From: Myxococcota bacterium
Lineage (GTDB): Bacteria; Myxococcota_A; UBA9042; PHBI01; JAWLBL01
Assembly (NCBI GenBank): GCA_041687695.1
Contig: JAWLBL010000001.1
Coordinates: forward strand, 49,610-113,609
Reading direction: 5' to 3'
DNA: 64,000 nt
Shown: positions 28,064 to 38,200 of the stretch, piece after piece
How the letters are laid out: each line of letters begins with the position of its first letter
How positions within the stretch are numbered: the stretch's first letter is position 1
Made by a program: the position numbers and the translations under genes
The notes under the pieces: model-generated
Told to the model about the DNA's origin: nothing
Database searches by the model: none
Seen by the model: the letters and a program-made list of their open reading frames with translations, nothing else

Positions 28064-28092
28064 ATCCTAACAGCGGCCCCGAGGGTGATCAA
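28064..28092 (-). promoter_or_regulatory. putative sigma70-type promoter
   Basis: Minus strand TTGATC-N17-TAGGAT about 35 bp upstream of ATG 28027. Confidence 0.45.
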
Positions 28093-28219
28093 CAACGTCG
28101 GGCCGGCGCGGGGCGGTGGCGCAGCAAATCGCCGGGACGGAAGGAGGCGGTTGCAATCGGGGTTGGGTTCGGGCACGTGTGAGCCCGGGCGCGGTGACCG
28201 CTCGCGAGCGAGGTGGACG

Positions 28220-29101
28220 ATGACGGCGGTGAAGGTGACGGACGAGGCGACCCCCGTCGAGGGCGGCGAGCGCAGGGCGCAGGCGGTGGCCGACGGGTAT
28301 CGGCTGCACCGCCGGCTCGACCGCATCGCGCGTCTGCTCGGCGACGAGCGCATGCAGCGTCTGGCGGCGTCGCACGTCGTGGTGTTCGGGTGCGGAGGCG
28401 TCGGCAGCTTCGCGGCCGAGTCGCTGGTCCGGTCGGGGGTCGGCAAGGTCACGCTGGTCGACTTCGACCTCGTCTGCGCGACCAACACCAACCGGCAGCT
28501 GCACGCCATGAAGGGCACGACCGGGCGCCCCAAGGTGATGGTGATGGCCGAGCGGCTGCGGCTGGTGAACCCGGCCTGTGAGGTCGTGCCGCGGATGGAG
28601 TTCTACCAGGCGGCCAGCAGCGAGGAGCTGCTCGAGGAGGGCGGCCGCCCGGACTTCGTCGTCGACGCCATCGACAACGTCACGGCCAAGTGCCACCTCA
28701 TCGCGACGTGCCGCGACAAGGGCCTGCCGCTGGTCGTGTCGACGGGCGCCGCGGCGCGGCTGGACCCGACGCGCATCCGGGTCGCCGACCTCAACCGCAC
28801 CGAGATGGACCCGCTCGCGCGCGCCGTGCGCAAGATCCTGCGCGACAAGTACGGCTTCCCGGCGCGGGCGCTGACGGGCGTGCCGGCCGTCTTCAGCGAG
28901 GAGGCGCCGAGCCCGCCCTGGGAGCTGGTCTACGACCACGGCGAGGGCTTCCGGTGCGTCTGCCCGCAGGGCGACAACGGCCTGCACTCGTGCGAGGACC
29001 GCAACCGCATCGACGGCAGCGCCTCGTTCGTGACGGGCGCCTTCGGCCTCGCGGCGGCCTCGGTCGCCGTGCGCGGGCTGTGCGGCGAACCCATCCTCTG
29101 A
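28220..29101 (+). CDS. tcdA: ThiF-family tRNA threonylcarbamoyladenosine dehydratase
   Basis: Start moved to ATG 28220. GCGGVGS, DFDLVCATNTNRQLHA, VDAIDN, DPLARAVR, VFSEE, GSASFVTGAFG. Confidence 0.85.
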   Translation: MTAVKVTDEATPVEGGERRAQAVADGYRLHRRLDRIARLLGDERMQRLAASHVVVFGCGGVGSFAAESLVRSGVGKVTLVDFDLVCATNTNRQLHAMKGTTGRPKVMVMAERLRLVNPACEVVPRMEFYQAASSEELLEEGGRPDFVVDAIDNVTAKCHLIATCRDKGLPLVVSTGAAARLDPTRIRVADLNRTEMDPLARAVRKILRDKYGFPARALTGVPAVFSEEAPSPPWELVYDHGEGFRCVCPQGDNGLHSCEDRNRIDGSASFVTGAFGLAAASVAVRGLCGEPIL

Positions 29102-29216
29102 GGTGCCCCCCGCCGTCGAGGGGGCGTCGCGCGCTGGCGCGGTGACGCCCGGGCTGCTAGTCTTCGCCGCGGGTTGGCCGGGGGCGGTCAGCCACTTTCG
29201 CTGCGCTGAGAGGGTC

Positions 29217-30734
29217 ATGGACTACGCCACGCTGATTCGTCTCGACCGCGTGAAGCCGGGCTTCGCGATGCCGTTCAACCACCGGGTCGTGGGCGACCGC
29301 GTCCTGGTGACCAACGACCTGGGCGACTGGGCGTTCCTCGAGCCGGACGAGCTGCGCCGCTTCGTCGAGGGCGAGCTGACGCCCGACGAGCCGCTGTACC
29401 GCAAGCTGGCCGAGCGGAACTTCATCGCCGCCGAGGTCGACGTGGCCGCGCAGGCCGAGCGCTACGGCCGCAAGAAGCGCTTTTTGCGCTACGGGCCGAC
29501 GCTGCACGCCATGGTGCTGACCGAGCGGTGCAACCACGGCTGCCAGTACTGCCACTCGTCCATCGTCGGCATGAGCCGCACCGACACCGACATGCCCATC
29601 GACGTCGCCGAGCGCGCCGTCGACATGGCGTTCATGACGACCAGCCCGGGCCTGACCATCGAGTTCCAGGGCGGCGAGCCGACGGCGAACTGGGAGACCC
29701 TGACCCACATCGTCAACTACGCCCGCAAGAAGAACGTGGTCGCGCGCAAGGATCTGTCCTTCGCGCTCGTCACGAACTTCAGCCTGATGACCGACGAGAA
29801 GCTGGACTTCCTCATCGACAACGCCGTGCAGATCTGCACGAGCCTCGACGGGCCCGAGGACCTCCACAACAAGATCCGCATCTACAAGGGCGGCAACTCC
29901 TGGCAGCTCACGACGGGCTGGATCAAGAAGATCAACCAGCGCTACGCGGACATGGGGCTCGACCCGACCCTGTACCGCGTCGAGGCCCTGCCGACCCTGA
30001 CCCGTGACTCGCTGCCGCGCTGGAAGGAGATCATCGACACCTACGTGTCGCTGGGCTGCCGCGCGGTCTTTCTGCGCAAGCTCGACCCGTTCGGCTTCGC
30101 GGCGGCGACCGCCAAGAAGCTGGGCTACTCGATGGACGAGTACCTCGCCTTCTACCGCACGGCCCTGGACTACATCATCGAGCTCAACAAGCAGGGCGTG
30201 CAGGTGATGGAGCGCCACGCGGCCATCATGCTGTCGAAGATCCTCAGCGACGACGAGCCGAACTACCTGGATCTGCGCACGCCCGGCGGCGCCGGCATCG
30301 GCCAGCTGGGCTATCACCCCAACGGCAGCGTCTACTCGAGCGACGAGGGCCGCATGGTCGCCGCCATGGGCGACGACGTCTTCCGCATCGGCAACGTCAA
30401 GACGGACGGCTACCAGCAGATCATGACCAGCGCCACCGTGCGCGCGCTGGTGCTGGCCTCGACCAACGACGCCCACCCCGACTGCGTCAGCTGCACCTAC
30501 AAGGCCTACTGCGGCCAGCAACCCGAGTACAACTACAAGACCCAGGGCTCCATCTTCGGGCGCATGCGCGACTCGACCTGGTGCAAGAAGCACAAGAACA
30601 TCTTCGACACCCTGTTCGAGCGGCTGCTGCGCGCCGACGAGCAGGAGATGGAGATCTTCGCCCGCTGGACGACCAACCGCGTCCAGGAGCACTTCCTGCA
30701 GCCCAAGGGCGCGGACGAGGCCGAGGCGGCCTGA
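29217..30734 (+). CDS. hxsB: His-Xaa-Ser system radical SAM maturase HxsB-like
   Basis: Start moved to ATG 29217. MPFNH...LVTNDLGDWAFL N-terminus, CNHGCQYC, IEFQGGEP, YLDLRTP, SSDEGRM, C-terminal CxxCxxxxxC...C. Confidence 0.8.
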   Translation: MDYATLIRLDRVKPGFAMPFNHRVVGDRVLVTNDLGDWAFLEPDELRRFVEGELTPDEPLYRKLAERNFIAAEVDVAAQAERYGRKKRFLRYGPTLHAMVLTERCNHGCQYCHSSIVGMSRTDTDMPIDVAERAVDMAFMTTSPGLTIEFQGGEPTANWETLTHIVNYARKKNVVARKDLSFALVTNFSLMTDEKLDFLIDNAVQICTSLDGPEDLHNKIRIYKGGNSWQLTTGWIKKINQRYADMGLDPTLYRVEALPTLTRDSLPRWKEIIDTYVSLGCRAVFLRKLDPFGFAAATAKKLGYSMDEYLAFYRTALDYIIELNKQGVQVMERHAAIMLSKILSDDEPNYLDLRTPGGAGIGQLGYHPNGSVYSSDEGRMVAAMGDDVFRIGNVKTDGYQQIMTSATVRALVLASTNDAHPDCVSCTYKAYCGQQPEYNYKTQGSIFGRMRDSTWCKKHKNIFDTLFERLLRADEQEMEIFARWTTNRVQEHFLQPKGADEAEAA

Positions 30735-30762
30735 CGACCAGACACGACGTCACCTGGTGACG

Positions 30763-30800
30763 GGGGCGGTCGGCGCGCGCTGGCCGCCCCTCTCTCTTTC
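30763..30800 (+). terminator. intrinsic terminator after hxsB-like gene
   Basis: GGGGCGGTCGGC/GCTGGCCGCCCC hairpin followed by TCTCTCTTT. Confidence 0.65.
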
Positions 30801-30816
30801 GAACGTCAGGCCAGCT

Positions 30817-32598
30817 TCAAGGCAGGGCCGTGCACTTGGCCTTGAGCCCCATCAGGCCCAGCAGCTTGGTCTGCATCGCGCCGGGGTCGTCGGCGTGGGC
30901 GTCGAGGTGCACGCCGCCGCCCGACAGGGCGATCCGCTGGTTCGCCGTGATGAGGGACGAGCCGGCCTGGGTGGCCTGGAGCGTGACCACCGAGACCTTG
31001 ACGCTGATGGGGCTGCCGTCGGGGGCCGACAGGTGCTGGAAGCCGTCGGGGTCCACGTAGGACGGGACGCTGGCGACGCTCTGTCCGGTCCCAAGGCAGG
31101 CGCCGTCGACGCAGGCGGCGCCGCCTCGGCAGTGCTCGGGCTTGGTGCAGGGGGTCGGCTTGGCGAGGCAGACGCCGCTGGGGTCGCACAGGGCGCCGCC
31201 GCGGCAGTCGGCGTCGCTGGCGCAGCCCAGCCCGAAGGCGAGGCGCTTGGCCTGCACGGCCGGGTTGAAGAACGAGGTCTCCTGCGTGTGGTCGCTCTCG
31301 GCGCCGTCGGTGAACAGGACGATGTGGTTGTCCTTGCAGTGCCGGTAGGGGTCGCGGCAGGCGCCGTCGTCGCAGACGTAGCCGCTGGAGGCGCAGTCGA
31401 GGTCCTTGTCGCAGGGCCGGCCGTCGATGACGACGTGGTTGCGGAAGTACTCGCCCGCGTAGAACAGGCTCTTGCCGAGCGGGGTGTTGCCGGCGGGGCG
31501 CAGCTCGGGGTTGTCGTGCTCCCAGCAGACCTGCTTGCCGTCGTGCTCCTTGCACAGGCCGCCGCCGCACGAGGCCGCGCTGGTGCAGGGGCGCTCGGGC
31601 ACGGGCCGCAGCGTCTCGACGTGGTCCAGCCACTTCAGAAGCTGCTGCGTGTTGTCCAGGGTGTTGCGCGGCGGGAACGGCACGACCAGCACCTGCGACA
31701 GGTTGGTCAGGAACCAGGGCGTGGCGGACGCGGTGGTGTCCTTGGCGTCGTCGTCGTCGGTCATGGTGGTCAGGTACTCGTACCAGCCGGTCCAGCAGTT
31801 CGGGGCGATGGCGGTGCGGGTGCGCTGGGGGAAGCGCTGCAGGGCGAACTGGGCGAAGCCGCCGACGGTCGCCTGCAGCGTGTCGGCGAAGACTCGCTTG
31901 GCGAGCGTGATGAGCATCAGCGGCTCGTCCGGGTCGTCGCAGGCCGGATAGGCCGAGATGCAGGGGGTGCCCGAGCGCTGGCAGGCCGTGGCGGAGCCGG
32001 GGTGATGGATGTAGTTGGTCATCGACCCCGACGTGTCGAAGACGACCAGGACGTTGTGGCGGATGGGCTGGCAGCGGTCGCCGTAGCAGGCGTGGCCGCT
32101 CGGGCACGGCTTGTCGGTCTCGACGGTGCCGGTCGCGTCGCAGGTCGTCTCGACGCCCGCCGCGCAGGCGGTCTTGCCGGCCTCGCAGACGATGGGCTCG
32201 CAGGTGGCGTCGAACGCGGAGGCGCGGCAGGCGGTGCCGTCGGGGCACGGGTCGGGCACGAAGAAGCCGCCCTGCACCTGGCCGGCGCCGAGGACGACGG
32301 GCTTGTCGCAGGTCTCGCGGTCGCCGGTGTCGGGGCTGCAGCGCGCGCGGGCCGAGAAGCAGTCGGTGCAGACCTTGGCCAGGGTGTGGCAGTCCATGCC
32401 CGCCGGGCAGCCGGTGTCGGCCGCCAGGGGCTGGCAGGCGATGAGCTGCGGGCCGGCGTCGGCGGAGGTGTCCTGGGTGTCGGCCGGGTCGAACGCGTCG
32501 GTCTTCACCGTGGCGTCGCGGATCGGCTCGATGGGGGCGACGTCGCAGGCCGTCAGCGCGAGGCAGGCGAGTAGCAGCGCAGGGATGATGGGACGCAT
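30817..32598 (-). CDS. Cys-rich lipoprotein with vWA domain
   Basis: Start moved to ATG 32598. Lipobox LTAC; MIDAS elements VFDTSGSM, NTPL, VLFTDG; many Cys-rich inserts. Confidence 0.85.
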   Translation of the reverse strand: MRPIIPALLLACLALTACDVAPIEPIRDATVKTDAFDPADTQDTSADAGPQLIACQPLAADTGCPAGMDCHTLAKVCTDCFSARARCSPDTGDRETCDKPVVLGAGQVQGGFFVPDPCPDGTACRASAFDATCEPIVCEAGKTACAAGVETTCDATGTVETDKPCPSGHACYGDRCQPIRHNVLVVFDTSGSMTNYIHHPGSATACQRSGTPCISAYPACDDPDEPLMLITLAKRVFADTLQATVGGFAQFALQRFPQRTRTAIAPNCWTGWYEYLTTMTDDDDAKDTTASATPWFLTNLSQVLVVPFPPRNTLDNTQQLLKWLDHVETLRPVPERPCTSAASCGGGLCKEHDGKQVCWEHDNPELRPAGNTPLGKSLFYAGEYFRNHVVIDGRPCDKDLDCASSGYVCDDGACRDPYRHCKDNHIVLFTDGAESDHTQETSFFNPAVQAKRLAFGLGCASDADCRGGALCDPSGVCLAKPTPCTKPEHCRGGAACVDGACLGTGQSVASVPSYVDPDGFQHLSAPDGSPISVKVSVVTLQATQAGSSLITANQRIALSGGGVHLDAHADDPGAMQTKLLGLMGLKAKCTALP

Positions 32599-32651
32599 GG
32601 GCTCCGGGCGTGGCGCGTTCGCGACCAGGGGCGAACGGTTGGGTCTGGGGC

Positions 32652-33380
32652 TTATTCCCCGAGCCACGGGCCGATGTCGAGGGAGCGTCCGGCGTCCTCG
32701 AAGGTCAGCGCCTGGACGAAGCGGACGAAGGCCTCGGCCGTGGCGTCGGGATCCTGGTGCTCGGAGACGTCGTCGGTGCCCAGGGCGGCTTTGAGCATGT
32801 CGGTGCGGACCATGCCCGGGGCGATGGCGGCCGCGACGATGCGGTCGGCCTGGTGCTCGACCGCGATGGTCTTCAGCAGGCCCTCGAGGGCGTGCTTGGA
32901 GGCGCAGTAGGGGCCGTAGTTGGGCAGCGCGAAGCGGCCGAGGCCGCTGGTCAGGCCCAGGACGACGGACCCGCGGGCGGCGCGCAGCAGGGGCAGGCAG
33001 GCCTGGAACAGGGTGAGCTGCGCGTCGACGTTGACCCGCATCACCTCGGTGAAGTCGGCCGGGTCGAGGTCGGCGAGCGGCTTCATCGGGCCGAGGAGCC
33101 CGGCGTTGAGGACGAGCAGGTCGAGACGGCCGAAGCGCGCGCGGGCCTGGGCGGCGAGGGCGGCTGGGAGGGTCGGATCGAGCAGATCGCCGGAGACGGC
33201 GCACGCGTCGGGCCCGAGCGCGTCCGCGACCTGCCGGGCGTCGGCGTCGCGGCGCGCGTGGACCAGCACCCGGGCGCCGTGGCGGGCGAAGGCAGAGACC
33301 AGCGCGCGACCCAGGCCACGGTTGGCGCCGGTGACCGCGACGGCGGCTCCGCGCATCGAGGCAAGAGGCTTGTCAACCAT
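32652..33380 (-). CDS. short-chain dehydrogenase/reductase
   Basis: TGANRGLG, LNAG, YCASK, PGMVRT. Confidence 0.92.
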   Translation of the reverse strand: MVDKPLASMRGAAVAVTGANRGLGRALVSAFARHGARVLVHARRDADARQVADALGPDACAVSGDLLDPTLPAALAAQARARFGRLDLLVLNAGLLGPMKPLADLDPADFTEVMRVNVDAQLTLFQACLPLLRAARGSVVLGLTSGLGRFALPNYGPYCASKHALEGLLKTIAVEHQADRIVAAAIAPGMVRTDMLKAALGTDDVSEHQDPDATAEAFVRFVQALTFEDAGRSLDIGPWLGE

Positions 33381-33430
33381 GGCCGCCCGTATACCATGAC
33401 GGCACTCCCCCAGTCCCCAGGATTCCCGCC

Positions 33431-34054
33431 ATGCACCTGCGTCCCCTGCTCATCGGCGCGGTCGTCGCCGTCCTCTCGTCGTCGCCCGCCTGCAAGCGCA
33501 CCGAGCCCGTCGCGCCCGGCACGCCCGCCGCCCCCGGCGCCGGTCAGGCCCCGCAGGCCGACGAGGTCCGGGCCGACGCCGGCCAGGCGCCCGCCGCCGA
33601 GGCCGACGCCGCCCCCGCCCCCGCCGCCCAGCCCCCTTCGGGCGAGGCCGACGCCGCCGCCGCCCCGACCGGCAACCCCGAGAGCGCCGAGATCCTGAGC
33701 CGCGATCCGGTCACCCAGAAGGCCAAGGTCAAGCACGTCCTGGTCAGCTGGAAGGAGCTCGCCCCCGCCTTCCGCGGCCAGCAGGACCCGCGCGGCGCGC
33801 AGCGCTCCAAGGCCGACGCCGACGCCCTGGCCCTGCAGATCCTCGACCGCGTCCGCAAGGGCGAGGACATCGACAAGCTGATGGCCGAGCTCTCCGAGGA
33901 CCCCGGCAGCGCCCGCACCGGCCGCGCCTACGACGTCTCCGAGGACGCCCCGCTCGTCCCGCCGTTCAAGCGCCTGAGCCTGCGCCTGAACGTGAACGAG
34001 GCCGGCGCCGTCCAGACCGACTACGGCTGGCACATCATCAAGAGGGTCGAATGA
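33431..34054 (+). CDS. PpiC/parvulin-type peptidyl-prolyl isomerase, probable lipoprotein
   Basis: SPAC after a hydrophobic signal; VKHVLV, SEDPGSA, TDYGWHIIKR. Confidence 0.9.
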   Translation: MHLRPLLIGAVVAVLSSSPACKRTEPVAPGTPAAPGAGQAPQADEVRADAGQAPAAEADAAPAPAAQPPSGEADAAAAPTGNPESAEILSRDPVTQKAKVKHVLVSWKELAPAFRGQQDPRGAQRSKADADALALQILDRVRKGEDIDKLMAELSEDPGSARTGRAYDVSEDAPLVPPFKRLSLRLNVNEAGAVQTDYGWHIIKRVE

Positions 34055-35112
34055 TCCCCGCCGGCGACGGGACGGCGACCGCGCGCGCGTCGTTCGAGGT
34101 CACTGACGAGGCCCTCGAGCGCGCCGCCGCGCATCTGATGCGCCTCGTCGACCGCGACAGCACCTCGGGCCGCGAGGCGCCCGGCGTCGACGAGGCCGAG
34201 GCCGTCGCGCGCGAGCTCGAGCTGCCCGTGCGCCGCCTGCCCGTCGCCGAGGGACGCGACAACCTGCTGGTCGGCGACCCGCAGCCGCGCGTCCTTCTGT
34301 GCACGCACCTCGACACCGTGCCGCCGTTCATCCCGGCGCGCCGCGAGGGCGACGTCATCCACGGCCGCGGCAGCGCCGACGCCAAGGGCGTCGCGGTCGC
34401 CATGCTGTACGGCCTCGAGCGCCTCGCCGCCGCCGGGCGCGCCCAGGGCGCCGCCTGCCTGCTGGTGGTCGGCGAGGAGACCGACCACGCCGGCGCCCGC
34501 GCGGCCCTGACCGCCGGCCTGGCGCCCGAGGTCATCGTCCTGGGCGAGCCCTGCGGCATGCGCCCGGCCGTCGCGCAGAAGGGCCTGCTCAAGCTCCGCC
34601 TGACCACGGCGGGGGCCTCGGGCCACTCGGCCTACCCGGACACGGGCGTGTCCGCCGTCCACCGCCTGCTCGACGGCCTGCAGGCCCTCCGCACGGCCCG
34701 CCTGCCCGCCGACGCCACGCTGGGCGAGACGACCGTCAACGTCGGCCAGATCCGCGGCGGGGTCGCCGCCAACGTGATCGCGCCCAGCGCCGAGGCGGTC
34801 GTGCTCATCCGCTGCGCGGCCCCGGTCGACGCCGTGCTGGCCGAGATCCTGGGCCGCATGCCGACCGAGGTCGCCGTCGAGGAGCTGAGCCGCGCCGAGC
34901 CGCTCGAGTTCTTCACCGGCGGCGAGCCCAGCGGGCGCTCGGTCCCCTTCAACACCGACGCGCACACGCTGGCCCCGCTGGGCGCCCGCATGATGCTGAT
35001 GGGGCCCGGCGACATGCGCTGCGCCCACTCGCCGCGCGAGCACCTGAGCCTGCCCGAGCTGCGCGAGGCCATCGCCCGCTTCGCCGACCTCTGCGGGCGG
35101 CTGCTGACCTGA
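34051..35112 (+). CDS. M20-family metallopeptidase/deacylase (ArgE/DapE-like)
   Basis: THLDTVPP, GRGSADAKG, GEE, GEP, GGVAANVI, AHSPRE. Confidence 0.9.
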   Translation: MIPAGDGTATARASFEVTDEALERAAAHLMRLVDRDSTSGREAPGVDEAEAVARELELPVRRLPVAEGRDNLLVGDPQPRVLLCTHLDTVPPFIPARREGDVIHGRGSADAKGVAVAMLYGLERLAAAGRAQGAACLLVVGEETDHAGARAALTAGLAPEVIVLGEPCGMRPAVAQKGLLKLRLTTAGASGHSAYPDTGVSAVHRLLDGLQALRTARLPADATLGETTVNVGQIRGGVAANVIAPSAEAVVLIRCAAPVDAVLAEILGRMPTEVAVEELSRAEPLEFFTGGEPSGRSVPFNTDAHTLAPLGARMMLMGPGDMRCAHSPREHLSLPELREAIARFADLCGRLLT

Positions 35113-35123
35113 GCCGACGCCAC

Positions 35124-35174
35124 CGAACAGGTAGGCGAACAGGTAGGCGAACAGGTAGGCGAACAGGTGGGCGA
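35124..35174. repeat. 12-bp tandem repeat (CGAACAGGTAGG x4)
   Basis: Three perfect copies plus one with a single change, in the intergenic region. Confidence 0.95.
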
Positions 35175-35274
35175 CCCGTTGGGGGGAGATCGTGATCCGA
35201 GCCGTGGGCGCCGGTATACTGCCGGCCCGGCACGCTCCTGGGGGGCGCGTGCCACCCGCCTCGAGGTCCGATCC

Positions 35275-38200
35275 ATGCGCCACCGTGCCGCTCGCCGCCT
35301 GCTGCTCCTGACCCTGGTCGCCGCCACGCCGCTGGGGTGCGTCGACTCCGAGGTCGCCGGGGTCCTGGCCGACCTCGACCCGGCCGACGCCGACGCCGAC
35401 GTCCCGCTGCCCGACGTCCCCGAGCCCGACGGCGCGCAGGACGGCGAGGTCACCGACGCGGCCGACGCGGACGCCGACGTCCCGCCCGAGTGCCGAACCG
35501 ACGCTCAGTGCGCGGGCCTCGCGCCCCCGCCGGACGACCCGTGCGCGGTCGCCGTCTGCAACGTCGACGCGGGGCGCTGCGAGTGGGTGCCGCGGCCCGA
35601 CTGCTGCGTGACCGACGCCGACTGCCCGCAGGTCGATGGCGCCTGCTCGACGTTCGTCTGCTCGCACCCCGGTGGCCAGTGCGTCCCGGTCGACACCTGC
35701 AGCCCGTGCGACTCGGATCTCGAGTGCCAGAAGCAGGCCCCGCCCTGCCACGCCGGCCTTTGCCAGCCGGACGGATGCCTGTTCCAGCCGCTGCCCGAGG
35801 GGTCGTGCTGCGCGGTCGACGGCCAGTGCAGCGACGGCGACCCCTGCACGACCGACCTGTGCCTTCAGGGCGTCTGCTCGTTCTTGCCCACGGGGGGCGA
35901 CCTGTGCTGCGCGACGCCGCCGCTGCTCGACACGTCGTTCACCGAAGCCCCGCCGATGACCACGACCAGCAGCTCGCAGACGGTGAAATGGCACGTCTCG
36001 GTCGGCGCCCCGACCCCCAGCCCGCCGGCCGTGCTGGCCCTGACCGACCCGGAGACCCTGCTGCTGGGCCCGGCCGGGCAGCCGCTCCAGGCCACGGCCG
36101 AGATCCCGCTGGGCTTCGTCGCAGCCGGCTCCAAGGTGCGCGTCCGCTTCCAGCTGCGGGCCGACCTGCGCGGCGGCGAGAGCATCGACCGCTTCGGGAT
36201 CCTGCTGCGCCCGACGGCCAGCCCGCCCATCACGGTCCACCGCAAGGACGAGGGGCCGCTGGGCGCCTGGTACGTCGTCGACCGAGAGCTCCTGGTCCCG
36301 TCGGCCGGACCGGTCACGCTCGAGCTGCGCTTCAACTCGGGCGTGCCGCTCACCGGCAAGCACGCCGGCGTGTTCCTCGACGATCTGGACGTGCGCGTCG
36401 GCTGCGACGCGCCGCTCGAGTGCCAGGTCGCCGCCGACTGCCCGCCCCAACCCTGCGCGGCGGCCTCGTGCGTGCAGGGCAAGTGCTTCCATCAACCGAT
36501 CGACGGGTGCTGCACCGGCGACGACCAGTGCGCGGTCGACGATCCGTGCGCGATCGGCCGCTGCCAGGACGGCCTGTGCGTGGTCGAGCCGAACCCGCTG
36601 TGCTGTGACGGCCCGGGCTGCTGCCAGCCGCTGGTGCTCGGCGAGGGCTTCGACGGCGACCTCGCCGGGTGGACGCTGGACAACGGCCACCCCGAGGTCG
36701 GCTGGCACTGGGTGGACGCGCCCGACGGCGCCGCCCCCAGCCCGCCGGTGGTGCTGTACTACGGCCGCCCGGGCGCCTTCGACTATCAGACCCAGGGGCC
36801 CAACTCGGGCACGGCGTGGTCGCCGCCGCTGTCCATTCCGGCCGACGCCCAAGCGGTCGCGCTGAGCTTCTGGGTCATCGCCGACGTCGAGCAGGGCCCG
36901 GCCTTCGACGTCCTCGAGGTCCTCGCGAAGCCGGCCAACGGCGGCGCGGCGGCCGTCGTGTGGACCAAGCCGGTGCCGATGACCATGGGGCAGTGGTCGC
37001 AGTTCGAGGCGGACCTGTCCGGGCTGGCCGGCCAGGTCGTGCAGCTGGGCTTCCGCTTCGACACGATGGACGGGGTGGCCAACGACACGTTCGGGCTGGC
37101 CATCGACGACGTGTTCGTCACCGCCGAGTGCGGTCAGCCCCAGTGCACGAGCGACGCGCAGTGCGCCGGCGGGCCGCCCTGCACCCAGGGCGTGTGCGTG
37201 CAGGGCCAGTGCCAGAGCCTGCCCCTGCCCGGCTGCTGCAAGTCCGCCCAGGACTGCGCCGACGGCGACCCGTGCACCCTGAACGTCTGCGACGCGGCCA
37301 CCGGGATGTGCTCCAACCCGCCGTCGAAGGACTGCTGCCAGGTCAACGCCGACTGCAACGACAGCGACCCGTGCACCACCGACTTCTGCGCGATGCTCGG
37401 CGGCCCGAACGGGCCGGCGGGTCAGTGCGTGCACCAGCCGGTGCCCGGGTGCTGCGCGACCCATGCGCAGTGCGACGACGGCGAGCCGTGTACGGCGGAC
37501 CTGTGCGTGGCGGGCAAGTGCTTCAGCCAGCCGACGCCGGGCTGCTGCGCCAGCGGCCTGGACTGCCAGGACGGCGACCCCTGCACCGTCGACGCCTGCG
37601 TGAACGGCCAGTGCACGTGGCAGCAGGCCCCTGGGTGCTGCCAGGTGGGCGCCGACTGCAACGACGGCGACCCCTGCACGCAGGACCTGTGCGACCAGGC
37701 CACGGGCGGCTGCCAGCACCTGCCCGTCCCGGGCTGCTGCACGGGCGCCGGCGACTGCAACGACGCCAACCCGTGCACGACCGACCTGTGCGACGCAGCG
37801 AGCGGGCTGTGCACCTTCCAGCCCATCGCGGGGTGCTGCCAGACGGCCGCGGACTGCAACGACGACAACAAGTGCACGACCGACCAGTGCGTCGGGGGCA
37901 CCTGCCAGTACCAGCTGAACGTGAACTGCTGCAAGGTCGCCGCCGACTGCGACGACGGCAACCCGTGCACCACCGACACCTGCGCCACCGTGGGGCCGTT
38001 CGGGGTCTGTCAGCACCAGGGCAACGCCGGCCCCGGCTGCTGCACGACGGCGGCCGACTGCGGCGCGGGCGCCTGCGGGCAGGCGACGTGCCAGAACTTC
38101 CAGTGCAAGGTGCAGTCCGTGCCAGGGTGCTGCGAGTCGAACGCGCAGTGCGAGGACGGCGACCCGTGCACGCAGGACGCGTGCGTCGGCGGCCAGTGCG

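Noticed and set aside
28220..30734. ThiF plus radical SAM as a RiPP cluster
   Set aside because: The ThiF protein has TcdA-type motifs, and no precursor, protease or exporter gene is adjacent.
35124..35174. Possible CRISPR array
   Set aside because: Contiguous 12-bp units without spacers, and no cas genes in the window.
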